A stretch of 64,000 bases of DNA from IMG/VR virus record IMGVR_UViG_3300010354_000044, positions 1 to 64,000 of that record. One strand, given 5' to 3'. Of the stretch, positions 32,048 to 43,300 are shown in pieces; positions within the stretch are counted from its first letter, which is position 1, and each line of letters starts with the position of its first letter. Origin of the DNA: a virus. The notes beneath the pieces were generated by a model. It saw only the letters and a program-made list of their open reading frames with translations. It had not been told where the DNA came from and searched no databases. Both the position numbers and the translations under genes were made by a program.

Positions 32048-33574
32048 TTATACAGTACTACTAGGAGTTCCAAACCCTTTGTTTTTATTTTTGTAAGGAG
32101 GTGACCCATCCGACATCATTTTCTTTTTCTTATAGTTAGCGTACTTATTACTCTTTTGCATCGTGGGTTGCCCCGTAAATGGAGGTTTATCTCCGTATTT
32201 ACGTTTGTACTCTTTCTTATAAGCAAGAACTGTATAAGCCGCCTTATCCTGTTCTGTCATATTTTTCTTGGCTTTAACCAACGCTGCGATGTTGGCGTAT
32301 AAGCGCTTATCACTAGGTTCAACAGTGGAGTAGTTTTCGCCGTCTTTAGCTTCTGCCTGTTCAGACTCCGCAGTCTCCTTATAATCTTTAGTAGTTTGAC
32401 TCAGGGCTTCCTTAGATTCTTGATTTGCATAACTACTACTCGTGGGAGCCTGAAAGGCTACGTACTTATCGCATATGTAGCTACTGAGGATTGGTACGTT
32501 ATATATCTGACAGACGGCCGTTTGGTACTCTATGTTCCACATAGATGCAGCACATGTTGCGCAAGCCGGGCCGGGCCTATAATTAGGGATTGAACTGTCA
32601 TCGTCACTTAATTTCTGTAGGCTGGCCTGTTGCTGAAATGCTTTAATTACGTCGTTTAGATTAGTCCACTTAGAGCTAGTCGGCATACTTTCATCATTAA
32701 GATCACAATACTCCTCATAGTCATCAGATGCATGTACGTCATCAGATGTAGAGGTTGATTTAGAGGGGTTGTAAGCCCAGTTCTTCAGAGATATATCTCT
32801 TTTGCTGGGGCATCCTTCAGATACAGGACTACCCTGCTCCATACCCCTCATCCGACTCACGAAAGAAATAGTCCTATTGGCCCAAGTAACATGCTTAGCT
32901 GTCCAGTTTGCCTTTTCTGTTTGCAGCAGCTCTAGATTACGATTAATAGGGCCCCGGCCTAAACTGGCTTTTGAGCTGCACGGATTGTCCGCCCACCGCT
33001 TCAGTTCACTAGCCGACATATTAACGGTAGCTCTATATTTCTTGTAGACTTCGTCTACGTTGTCAGCGTAGTGTTGTACATCGTCTAGCTCGGCTAAATC
33101 TTCTTCCTCTAGGTAATCCATAGAGTTAGATTCTTTTGGTGCTTGAATCTTCTGTAAGGTGCCACCTTTATGGCCTACTAACGTATCAGTGGCCTCACCT
33201 TCTCTGTAAATCCTAATTTGATAAGCGGGGTCTTCTGGTGTGCCTGTAACTTTAGCGTCAATGTTAGGGACTGTACCGTTGGTTATCTTCTTAGTAATTC
33301 GGCCTCTAGCTGTTCCACCACTAGCTTGCCAACTTACATAATCGCCTACCTTAAAGCTCTTAGGTTCAGCATACGTTTCTGCGCTAGAATTAGTAGAGAC
33401 ATCTACCTCCGGCAGCGGCGTAGTTTCAATGTTAATCCGATCGTCACCCGGATCTACAGACTGAGGAATATCCGCCAACCTCTGAATTGGCGGACTTCCC
33501 TGCTCTTTTCTATAGATATTAACAGAATCAAGCAATAAAGAGTTAATTAGATTGGCTGACAACGATTTTCCCAA
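32048..33574 (-). CDS. Multidomain head-associated protein (Hva1/DUF2945 Tudor-like, DUF3140-like, Cys4 module, basic tail)
   Basis: FKVGDYVSW...ARGRIT; VNMSASELKRW...SLKNWAYNP; CATC...C...C; Lys-rich C-terminus. Confidence 0.6.
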   Translation of the reverse strand: MGKSLSANLINSLLLDSVNIYRKEQGSPPIQRLADIPQSVDPGDDRINIETTPLPEVDVSTNSSAETYAEPKSFKVGDYVSWQASGGTARGRITKKITNGTVPNIDAKVTGTPEDPAYQIRIYREGEATDTLVGHKGGTLQKIQAPKESNSMDYLEEEDLAELDDVQHYADNVDEVYKKYRATVNMSASELKRWADNPCSSKASLGRGPINRNLELLQTEKANWTAKHVTWANRTISFVSRMRGMEQGSPVSEGCPSKRDISLKNWAYNPSKSTSTSDDVHASDDYEEYCDLNDESMPTSSKWTNLNDVIKAFQQQASLQKLSDDDSSIPNYRPGPACATCAASMWNIEYQTAVCQIYNVPILSSYICDKYVAFQAPTSSSYANQESKEALSQTTKDYKETAESEQAEAKDGENYSTVEPSDKRLYANIAALVKAKKNMTEQDKAAYTVLAYKKEYKRKYGDKPPFTGQPTMQKSNKYANYKKKKMMSDGSPPYKNKNKGFGTPSSTV

Positions 33575-33623
33575 AATCTAGTCCAAACTTAGTCTTTTAG
33601 TTATATTCCTTTGTGTTCAATAT

Positions 33624-34181
33624 ATGGCTATACCTTCTTTGGCTTATCTACTCTCGGTCCAGAAGCTACTGGAAGTTTATGTGAAAGAGTCTCTTGTAGA
33701 CCTAACTAAGCCTCAGTGTAATATCAGAATTCCAGGCTTACCCGCTCGCATGGTTTGTAGCCAGCAGCTTCTAAATCTGAGTGATTTTAACTGGGACTTT
33801 AGTAATTATGATTTCTGTCTGTCTATCTTAGAATTGGAAGAGTCTATCGCTGACTCAATAGCACACGCTCAGATAAGTAATAATAACCTTTTTATTATTA
33901 TGAACGACTTTAAGTCGTATAACTTCCTAGTACCTAACTATCCAGCGCTTTATGATAAGCTTGTAGCCGCCCAGATGATTCGCCTAGGTTGTACCTTAAG
34001 AGAGTACCCGGGCAGATATATTGTCATAAAGGACATCTCTACAAAACTATTTGAAACAAATGGTATAGCCTGTAGCTGTGAAGCGCCTCTATGTAACCAC
34101 AGAACGCTGGCTAATGTTTACATCAATAATTCCAAGCTGTTGCAACCTATTGTAAGTGCCAGCATGCCTGGTTATTTCTGA
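33624..34181 (+). CDS. SWIM-type zinc-finger protein
   Basis: CSC-x4-CNH (CxCxnCxH) near the C-terminus; opposite strand to its neighbours. Confidence 0.55.
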   Translation: MAIPSLAYLLSVQKLLEVYVKESLVDLTKPQCNIRIPGLPARMVCSQQLLNLSDFNWDFSNYDFCLSILELEESIADSIAHAQISNNNLFIIMNDFKSYNFLVPNYPALYDKLVAAQMIRLGCTLREYPGRYIVIKDISTKLFETNGIACSCEAPLCNHRTLANVYINNSKLLQPIVSASMPGYF

Positions 34182-35599
34182 TTTAACTTCCCACTAGGTT
34201 TACGCCCAGATACTGGTCTAGGTTTATCCAAAGGGGTAGAAACGCCTACGGGTCTGCCCGGCTGTACCTCTTCCAGCAATACCTTCTTGATAAAGTCTAC
34301 GTCCTTCTTATCGTGCGGCCTGTCTAAAGCTCTTACCATCTGCCGGACCATCTGGTGGTCAGTCGGATTCAAGGGGTTAAAGTAGCCAGACTTTGTCATA
34401 CCAGTGACGACTTGCATCATAGCCACACGATCTTCAGCCCGATCACTATAGACCCGAGAGAAGCTGGCTGCATACCGGGTTGATTCACGGTTGAAGTTAT
34501 ACTCAATTAGCCTTGAGAAGGCTTGGCGGGCAATAGGCTGTAGCAATAGATTCCTGTAGTGCTCCATATTGCCATAGTACAGCTCCATACGGCGCTCTAC
34601 CCCTTGTTCATTGTTATTCAATTCATTGGTAATAAGGAAAGGCGGGATACCCAGTGGTAAGATTTCTTGCTCAGTTACAAACCTAATAGCATCTATAAAC
34701 GTACTGCCGATATTATTTCCGGTGGTGAGAGAACCTACTTCAGGCTTATTCGCCCCATCCTGTTGGGGTAGGAATAGGATGTTACCGTTGGTATCTAAAT
34801 TCTGTATGGTCTCTTGAAATACATCCTGAGTGGTTAAACTACGCTCCTCGCCAGTAGCAGGGTCAATGGTAGTTTGATTGGTTGGGTAAACAGGCATCTT
34901 GACATATAGCAATGGATTACCATAACGGTCTAAAGCCACTGCCATCATGTCAATCAAGGCATCCTTTAACCTATGCCATTTATAACAAGGAGCTACCGCT
35001 GAATAACCATAATAATTACCAAATGCAGCATTATTAGCAACGTAGATGATCTTCCAGAAGGGCAGCTGCTTCTCGGGTCTAAATCTATTAGGTGTTTGAT
35101 AAATTCCTGATTTCCAGTACCCACCGGGCGTAGGTTTATTCTCGGTTAACATCCCGTTAACATCTGGGCGGATAATGATAGTGTTCGGCGGGTATGTCAC
35201 AATACCATCTAGGAACAGCGTACCCATGTCCAGATTATACAGATTCTCTGATACAGAGAACCCGGCCCACAAAGTCGTAAATATAGCTTGAAATAGTATT
35301 TCGTTTAGGTTCTGGTTGGTCTTATCCTGAAGTTTCTGAACGTTGTATTGTAGGAACTCTTTTATCTCTGGGTCCGGATGATAAACCGTACCAACAGTAG
35401 ATAAGATACTCTTTACCATTATATTGAGGGCAGTAAAGAGCGTTGTATCCTGATAGACCATCTGCTCGTAAGTTTTTAGCTTCTGGAGCGATGGGCGTAA
35501 GGTTCCTACTGGGATAGACCCTTGCTGCCTGGATGCACCCCGTATTTGACGCCTGCTCTCAAAGCGTCTATCTACTGTATAAAGGGTAGATGGGGCCAT
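34172..35599 (-). CDS. Portal protein (Mu gp29/DUF935-like)
   Basis: WAGFSVSE, FGNYYGYS...Y, ALDRYGNP, LIEYNF motifs. Confidence 0.88.
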   Translation of the reverse strand: MAPSTLYTVDRRFESRRQIRGASRQQGSIPVGTLRPSLQKLKTYEQMVYQDTTLFTALNIMVKSILSTVGTVYHPDPEIKEFLQYNVQKLQDKTNQNLNEILFQAIFTTLWAGFSVSENLYNLDMGTLFLDGIVTYPPNTIIIRPDVNGMLTENKPTPGGYWKSGIYQTPNRFRPEKQLPFWKIIYVANNAAFGNYYGYSAVAPCYKWHRLKDALIDMMAVALDRYGNPLLYVKMPVYPTNQTTIDPATGEERSLTTQDVFQETIQNLDTNGNILFLPQQDGANKPEVGSLTTGNNIGSTFIDAIRFVTEQEILPLGIPPFLITNELNNNEQGVERRMELYYGNMEHYRNLLLQPIARQAFSRLIEYNFNRESTRYAASFSRVYSDRAEDRVAMMQVVTGMTKSGYFNPLNPTDHQMVRQMVRALDRPHDKKDVDFIKKVLLEEVQPGRPVGVSTPLDKPRPVSGRKPSGKLNQK

Positions 35600-35613
35600 T
35601 GCGTACCTGTACC

Positions 35614-35805
35614 TTAATTACTTTCTGAGCTGTCTGGATCTTCTTGAGGGTCGGCTTCCGGTGGAGAAACATCCAGCTTTGCTGGGTCTAAGTAAGCCTG
35701 CTTATACTCAATAACGGCCTTGGTAAGCTCCGAAGTAATCTCATTGTTACCTTGATCAACTGGCATTTGTAGACTACCAATGAAAAGCAGTGTATAGAAT
35801 AACAT
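35614..35805 (-). CDS. Small hypothetical protein
   Basis: 63-aa ORF between chaperone and portal. Confidence 0.4.
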   Translation of the reverse strand: MLFYTLLFIGSLQMPVDQGNNEITSELTKAVIEYKQAYLDPAKLDVSPPEADPQEDPDSSESN

Positions 35806-35810
35806 CTTAG

Positions 35811-37006
35811 TTAAGTTAAAAACCGCGCAATACTAGAGCCAGGGTCTCTCGGGAATTGCAGCTTAGACTGATTTTCAGCTCTAATCATATCCAGCTTCTT
35901 CTCCTGTTCCCTAGCTGCCCGCTCCCGAGCTCTGACAACTTCTTCTACTTCCCAAGCGATAGCCTTTTTGATTAGGTCATCCAGGCCATGATCTTGCATC
36001 CATGGGTCTCGGCCTAACCAGTCTTGTATGGGTAGATACGTAATCTGGTTGATAGCCACCCAAGAGGCTATGTCATACTTCTTAGCTACTGCCTGTACTA
36101 AATCCTGCTGATCGTTAAAGTCGCTAAAAAATGCTTGTTCGTCCGAGGTGTACTCAAATCTAATCAAGAAATCAACAGCTGTTGAAGCTAAGGCGCCCAG
36201 TAAGTAATATAACGGTTCAAAAACCTCTACTCTATAAATTGGATAGTTGTCTAAGAAACAGTGGCTTTGCGGGATTGTACTGGCGTAGTAGCTTCTGTCA
36301 AGTCTTTGGGACCTGAGGATAGCTGCTGCCTCAGATCGCCAGCTAACTTTTTTGCGTCATCCATATCAGTATCGCCAATAGTAAACATATTGATGAACAC
36401 CGTAGCTGCAAACTGGACATCAGCAATATCCCAGCTATCTAGAATAGAGATAACATCCTTTGGCTTTTCTACCTCTACGTCATTGACAGTAGCTAAGCAG
36501 TACGATAATAGAAACTCTTCTAACGAACATCCAGTTTCAGCCATGCCATTATACTTTTTGTCTGCCTGAAACTGTACGCCGGTAGAAGGGGTATTGAACT
36601 CAATAGTAAGGTTTGGGTTTGGCATAGACCCTTTCGGAATTCTATACCGGGGTTGGTACTGCTTAGACAGGTTCTCTGCAATTTCCTTTGCACTTTGAGC
36701 TTGTTCCTTAGATAGAAACAGCAAGTCTGTCATAGCGATTGTTAGAAACTGTCGGTCCCGAATAGGAAAAGGCTCTAGTCTATCAACGAGGTCCCGGGGC
36801 TGACTATCAAAGGGCTTATCATCTACCTCTTTCATAGCAATAGCCAAAAGCAGCTCTTCCACCGAATAAGGCATACGCTCCTGTTGAGGGTAACGGCGGC
36901 GTGCGCTTCGGTACATACTATACGTCGGAATTTCCAACGTCAGTGAATATAGTTGAGACGGGATCTGGCTTTTGTCAATCCGCAGAGTCTTTACATCAAT
37001 AGCCAT
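35811..37006 (-). CDS. Tail assembly chaperone, frameshifted long form (G-T-like); contains track ORF 35811..36167
   Basis: The -1 frame is open from the slippery A AAA AAG (36353-36347) into the 35811..36167 ORF, which itself has only a weak TTG start. Confidence 0.7.
36251..37006 (-). CDS. Tail assembly chaperone (short form)
   Basis: Two similar internal halves (...EELLLAI/EEFLLSY...D.QF); slippery site near the 3' end. Confidence 0.7.
   Translation of the reverse strand: MAIDVKTLRIDKSQIPSQLYSLTLEIPTYSMYRSARRRYPQQERMPYSVEELLLAIAMKEVDDKPFDSQPRDLVDRLEPFPIRDRQFLTIAMTDLLFLSKEQAQSAKEIAENLSKQYQPRYRIPKGSMPNPNLTIEFNTPSTGVQFQADKKYNGMAETGCSLEEFLLSYCLATVNDVEVEKPKDVISILDSWDIADVQFAATVFINMFTIGDTDMDDAKKLAGDLRQQLSSGPKDLTEATTPVQSRKATVS
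36347..36353 (-). promoter_or_regulatory. Programmed -1 ribosomal frameshift site A_AAA_AAG
   Basis: In-frame GCA AAA AAG; TGA in the -1 frame just upstream; 9-bp hairpin GATCTGAGG/CCTCAGGTC starting 9 nt downstream. Confidence 0.75.
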
Positions 37007-37117
37007 ATACTAAGGAGAAGATGTTGTTATTATCAATAGTCTCCATCATTGTTAACGGATTGTAGAGTTTGTAAGTAGCCAACTTTGAGTTCCGTCGTAT
37101 TGAGTAGTATCTAACTA

Positions 37118-37354
37118 ATGGTTTATGGCAAGCTTTTACTAGTTACTATTTTTGCTATGCTTTACCAACGATCTAAGGCTTCTAATCTGGCCCTACAACT
37201 TACATTGGTGTACATTATTGTAACTCTGAATTTTATATCAGCCGGTATTACTAATGCCGCGGCCACTAAAATAACAGCAGAACGTATGACGGGCCGGCCA
37301 TCGACCAATGAAGCTGTTACCTACAGGCATAAAACCACAACTCCTGCGTATTAA
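37118..37354 (+). CDS. Small hydrophobic protein
   Basis: Stop overlaps the giant gene's start (TAATG), suggesting translational coupling. Confidence 0.35.
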   Translation: MVYGKLLLVTIFAMLYQRSKASNLALQLTLVYIIVTLNFISAGITNAAATKITAERMTGRPSTNEAVTYRHKTTTPAY

Positions 37355-40300
37355 TGTCTTTATTCCCCGAGTACAATATATACGGGCCAGATAGTCTTGG
37401 GCGTGATGTACAAAGGTTAATAGATTCAGAAGCTGACCCTGAAAGTATTGCCCGACGTCAACTAACTTTGCCTAACCTAGAGGCAGAACGTGAAGTTGCA
37501 GCTTTTAGGTTAAACTACGGTGAGGTTCATACAAAGCCTGGGAATCGTTACAACATACTGGGCCAAAAGCTATATGACCCTTTACCTACTGCAGTAGAAG
37601 GTCGGTTGGCTACTGGCAATTTGCAGGCAAATATCACGCAAGATAGAACGATTCAATTAAGAGGGTTAGAGGTTATCAACACCCTTAACTCCGGGCTAGG
37701 GGGTACAGCAGCCCCCGCTCTTAGTAATCGCCAGGGTTCTATGGCAAATCGTTTTACTAAGACGACAGTTTTTGATAGCCTTGTAGGCCCTAGTGATACT
37801 AATATTTTACGGGGTCTTGTTAATAGTCCGGTATTTGAAGAGCCGGTTACTGTAAGGCCTACAACTCAAGATATATCAAACCAATTAGTCTTTCCGACTC
37901 AACAACGCACTAATTATAGTTCCCATTTAGGGGCCTTTGCTCATAAAAATGTTAATGAACAAGGGGTGCAGGAATTATACAATAGCGTTGTCAACCTACA
38001 AAATAGTCTGGGTAATGCTATTACGTCTATAGAAAGACAGTATGCCCAGCAAATGGTTAATGGCCGCATTGAACGAGTACTAGTCGGCGTTCGTGTAGGC
38101 ATTCGTAATTATAACGATTTATACGATGGCCTAGGTTTATATAGTCAGGCATCTTATCCCGGTGTACAGCGGGCGCACTATTTCAATTTCACAGTTAATA
38201 GAAACAACCAGGTTATAGAGACCAGTACTAATAGACTTATTACAGGCTCTCTAATCTCTCAAAACTCTGGTCATATCTCTAATATGGGGGGTCGCAATAG
38301 CGCTTATAACACCGTACTGGGTTTACTTTCTAGCTATGCTAGGTCGGCTGAAATTGAGGCTAAGTACGGAGTTACTCATAGTCTATTTAATATCATGGTT
38401 GCGAGGCAAGACTATAGCTCGTTAGGGCGGGTCTTTGCTGAAATGCTAATTCAACGTGACCAAAGTACTATTGTTAACCAGGGTAATAAGTTCAGGGAAA
38501 CGCTGGAGCTTTTACTAAGCACGACAAATAATAAGGGCCTATCGTCCATTGTAGAAAATACGGTTGATAGGATCGCCAGACAAGGTCTAGATTACTATAC
38601 AACCATTGGGGCTCTATTAGATAAAGATGTACTAGAGCAGCAAATTAATAAACTTTATAGTTATAGGAAGCAGCAGCTACTAAAGGCCTTTGAACCTATT
38701 ACGTCCCATGTAGGTGGGATTAACGAGACGTTTGGTCTAGCTGTAGATACAACTTTACGCAACCTCAATGAGCTTGTAGCTAACGATGCCGAGCAGTTTT
38801 CTATTCCTATAAACGGGCGGCGGGTCACTATTGCCGGGTTTGAAGACCTGAAAATGGCTGCGTTGTCCCTCAGTCCATCGGAGCACGCTCATTATGATTT
38901 TAGAAAGAATCAAGCGAGTAGTTCCATATTGCAGCTTTTGATGTCGCCGTTTCTAATGCCGCACGAAACAGGCTTCAGCGGCTCCCAGGCTGCCGCTCGG
39001 CTTGGTTTCTACCACATGGTAGAAACTAGGGGTGGGCGTAATATGTATGAAATATACCCTGCAGTCTACCGGCATGGTTTCGGCGGCACAAAACCTGGGG
39101 AGTACATTAAATTAATCTCAGCACAGTCCGCTAAGTCCAGCTTATTTAAATACACCTCCCATTTATATAACTTTACCGGAGCCAAGAAAGTCGTAGAGTT
39201 CTTTGAAACTCGTACAGTCTTTGAAGGTATGCCCGCCTTGCGCTATAGCTCCCTCAAAGAAGTAAGGGAACACTTGCAGAGTATCAACTATACAAGCGCT
39301 GATGAGATTATAAAAAATTACAAGACTCGGATGCATCTTGGGGCGGATGAGGAGGATGACACTGAGATTCTACTACTGCCCTTTAGAAAGGCCGAGCAGA
39401 TTAGCCAGCGGTTAAAGAATCTACTAGGCGGGCGTCCTATGCTAGAACTTAACACAACCTTCCGCCAAGCTATTCTGAAGCAGGATAAAGAGGCTCTGCT
39501 TAACTTGTTTGAGCGTAATGAGTTCGGGGATTTGTATCTAAGCGCGAACGCCCTGGCCGGTGAAGTGCCCGCTAATCTAAACAAGATACAATATGACCGT
39601 CTTATTCTAGAACGGAATCGTATCATAAAACGTCTAGGCTACGAAGGTAGGGCTTTAAGTGATAGCGAAAAACTCATACTATCCACCGAGCTTGTTAAGG
39701 CCATGCGGGCAGCAGAGCTTGATATATTTGACGGAGGCGGTTTTGTACAAGGTCGCCGGACCCGGCGAGTTGCTGTAGCAATGGGTGTGAACACCCTTAG
39801 CGACTTCATGCTTGTTAATAATGATTACTTGCAAGCATCGTCTTTTGGGTACATGCATGTTAGTAACCAAAAAATTGCTATTACGCATACCCTTAAAACA
39901 GATAAAGTCGGTACGATACGGCAGCCTGACCCTTTATTTGATGCAAAGGTCAACTTTATTGCTAGCGCATTTAGGCCAGGGACTATTGTCTACTTACAAC
40001 CAAAGGCTTTAGAGAATGAGAAGGTAAAGGATAGCTTAAGCAGATTAGCGGCTAAGTTACGCAGTGAATATCTGGCCAAGAATTTAGACAGCCGCTATTT
40101 AGATGCGCAGGTTACGCAAGCTTTACTACAGTCTTTCCCTGCTCTTGATTCAGTTAGCTTTACTGATGGTGAGTTAACCACAGTAATGCTCAAAGCTGGT
40201 GCATATCAGTTTACTAATGACTCCATTAACTTCCTAGGGGCTCTGGAAGGAAGCAGAATCCGACTAGGATTAATGAATAAAGGGGGGCGCTTTAATCTAA

Positions 40301-43300
40301 CCACTGGCCCTAGCTCAGAGCCTGGCACTGAGTTCTTCGAAATAAAAGTACCTGGAGAAGTCCGTAAGTACACAGGAGGTATGCTAGCTGTTGCCGGGCC
40401 TACCAAAGCAAAGCCAGGTCAGGGCGGCGGCCTAGAGCTAGAAATCCCCTGGTTAATAGAAACAGGAATTGGAGGTACAAGCCGGTCATCTTCCCTGACT
40501 AAGGGGCCTTGGTTAATGTACGACGGCGCCGGATTTGAAGCCTTTGGCACGGCTTTCAAAGCCAATTCTATGCTTTCACATCTCCAGAATGACAGCATCT
40601 TTGCCGTGATGAACCCGGGCGTTTTCAAGGCTTATAATTATGAATCTGGGCTGTCTATTCTACGGGATACTGCGTCTAGGCAAAGTCTACTGAATTTAAG
40701 TAGCGGCGATTTAAGTTTGATTCTGGGTATCGCGTTTTTACAAAAGAACACGGATACCCGTCTTCGGCAAGCCCTGGTCAATTACCTAGACAGTAACTCC
40801 AGTTCACTAGCAGTAAGCCCTTACTTACGAACGCTTATTCAAGATAAATCCTTTGGATCATCAGCGGCTAAGTTAGAAAACCTCTTACTAACAGCTCCTG
40901 ACTTAGCTACCTTAGTAGATAGTCCAACCCTTAGAGACTTTGGAGATAAATTAGCTGAGCAATTTGAGAGTGGGACTTTTGATATACAGAGCCGACTTGA
41001 AGCTATTGTTAATAGGGCTCTTAAAGGGTCTACGACTATTTATGAACAGATAGAAGGGGATGTACGGGGCATTCGCACGTTTGACGAGCGAAACTTTAGT
41101 GTACGTAGTGCCGGCATTTTAGCTGATATTATTCATACAACACAACAAACAATAGACCCAAGCCGTACTTTAGGTCGTATAACAGGCAGTAAACCCTTAA
41201 CAGGCCTTAACTTTATAGATGATCAAGGCCGCCCTAACGTTAGAAAATTTATAGATAACCGCGATTTCCGGGCTGCATCGTTAGACATGGCGCAAAAACT
41301 AAGGGTGCGCTCTCTGTTGCCCAATCAGAGTATTTTAGAGAGCTCTTTAAGTCAGCTCAGGGAGGGGGATGCTCTTTATAAGGACATAGAGAACCTGCTC
41401 TATGTTATCCATAGTTCGTTAATGGCGTCTCCCTACATTGAACGAGCCATTAATTTACTACCTAGTCGTGTTTTATACCCGGCAGGCTCTGAGGACGCTG
41501 TAGGCCTAGAATACCATTATTCTTTAAGCCTTAGTAAAAAAGAGTTTGCGGCCTTACGGGGGCAGGGGCTTGATATGGAAAGGTTCACCCAAGCCCAAGC
41601 TGCTTATAGCACTGTTGTAACCCATAGTGGTGTTAATGAAATTAGCCGTAGGATGGAGATTATATCTCCATTTGGTGTAGACCCAGCGCAGCGGAATTTA
41701 GGTCGTATCGTCTCGGCGCTTATACAGAATTACAATGAGATATCGGGTAAAGCTCAGTTTATTGGTAATGATAACCTTAGCCCCTTAGATGCTATTGTCC
41801 GTAGTATAAGCGCCGGGGATGAGACTGAGCTAAATAGCTTAATGTCCCGGTATCAACTTATTAATCAAGCCGTAAGGTATCATCGCGGCGTAGGCCCCTC
41901 TGACCAACAAAGTGCGGTTAATCTGATAAGTGCGGTTAATCTGATAACTGCGCTTAACCCGAGTCGGCTTGATTTAAGTCAAGCCACTGACGAGCAAATT
42001 AGAACCTTAGGAGCTTTATATAACCTAAGGGGCGATGTTACTACTATCCGGCAAAGGTTGTCGGAGTTAGGCCCTACGTTGGGCCGAGGTCTGCTTTATT
42101 TAGACCGCAGTGACAATCTATTTAGTGAAAGGCGCTTGGCTTTGTCTAAAGCCATTATAACCTACTCGGAGTTAAGACGAAATAAGGGGCTTACTGACTT
42201 AAGTTACAACCTAAGTCCTTATGCTGCTGACGTACAGTCTGCATTAGTAACTTCAAATGTTAATAGCTACAATATTGGGTTTCTTGAGTTTGAGCAGGCC
42301 TTAAATTTAGTCACAGACCAGTCCTCCGGACGCCTTGATGTTAGATACGCCGATAATAGGTCTACAAAGATACTTAATGTAGCCAGTAAATTGCAAGCTA
42401 ATGACGCTTTTGTAGAACGGCTAGCGTTGAACGCCGCGGGTACTAGCACTACAGATACGTTTATTAATTCTCTACAGCGAATAGTAGCCGGTACAGAGAA
42501 TATTCTTAAATTCTATGGAAAGGAGACTGAACAAGCCCAGAGAGCACTAAAACTTCGTAGTGAAGTTTACGATACAAAAACGTTGCTCCTACCTGCTATT
42601 GAAACATATACAGCGGGAGACGGGACTATTATAAAACTAGCTGAGTCAGATAGTAACGGAAAAGTACAGTATACAGATACTCCCGTAGTTCAACTAGGGT
42701 TGGATGTTCTAAGTCAAATACCTACTAGATTTGAATCTTACATTAATGAAGTTGTGGAACGCCAGCAACGTATTCGTGAGCTGATTCCTAAATTCCAGGA
42801 AGTGGTTAACCAATTACAGAAGGGCTTCATCTCTAATGCATCTGTCAGCGATATCAGCATTATAGAAGAGATGCAGCGATTAGCTTACGAAAGTCAACAT
42901 GATTTAGAATCTATTTTAACGTCTGTTCTGCAGCAGAATGCTGAGAACGAGAAGCGTAAATACCCTGGGGTGGCGTTTACAGCAGTAGCTGATTACTTAG
43001 CTACACCTACAGAGGCTTTTGTCGGTAAGCGAGTTACCTCCACTGGGTTAAACCAGGTAGTTAGGGATGCGAAAGCTACTTTAAACTCCCCGGAGCTGTC
43101 CAAGGTAGAAGTAGAAGCACTACAACGTATCGGCCAGTTAACCGGGTATGTCAACAGGGCTGGGGGCTTAAGCGGAGCAAGCCAGTCTACTAACATGCTC
43201 CATGATGTTAAGTCTCAGGCTATTCTAAAAGAACGTGGTCAGCTAGAGAATAATCAATTACAGCTATCTCTACAGGGTAATGAAACAGCCTTGATTGTTT

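Noticed and set aside
21192-33623. Shared late-promoter motif (ATATTGAACA upstream of the sheath and 33574 genes; GGTACTAA upstream of sheath and hub)
   Set aside because: Only two occurrences each in AT-rich DNA; not enough without motif statistics.
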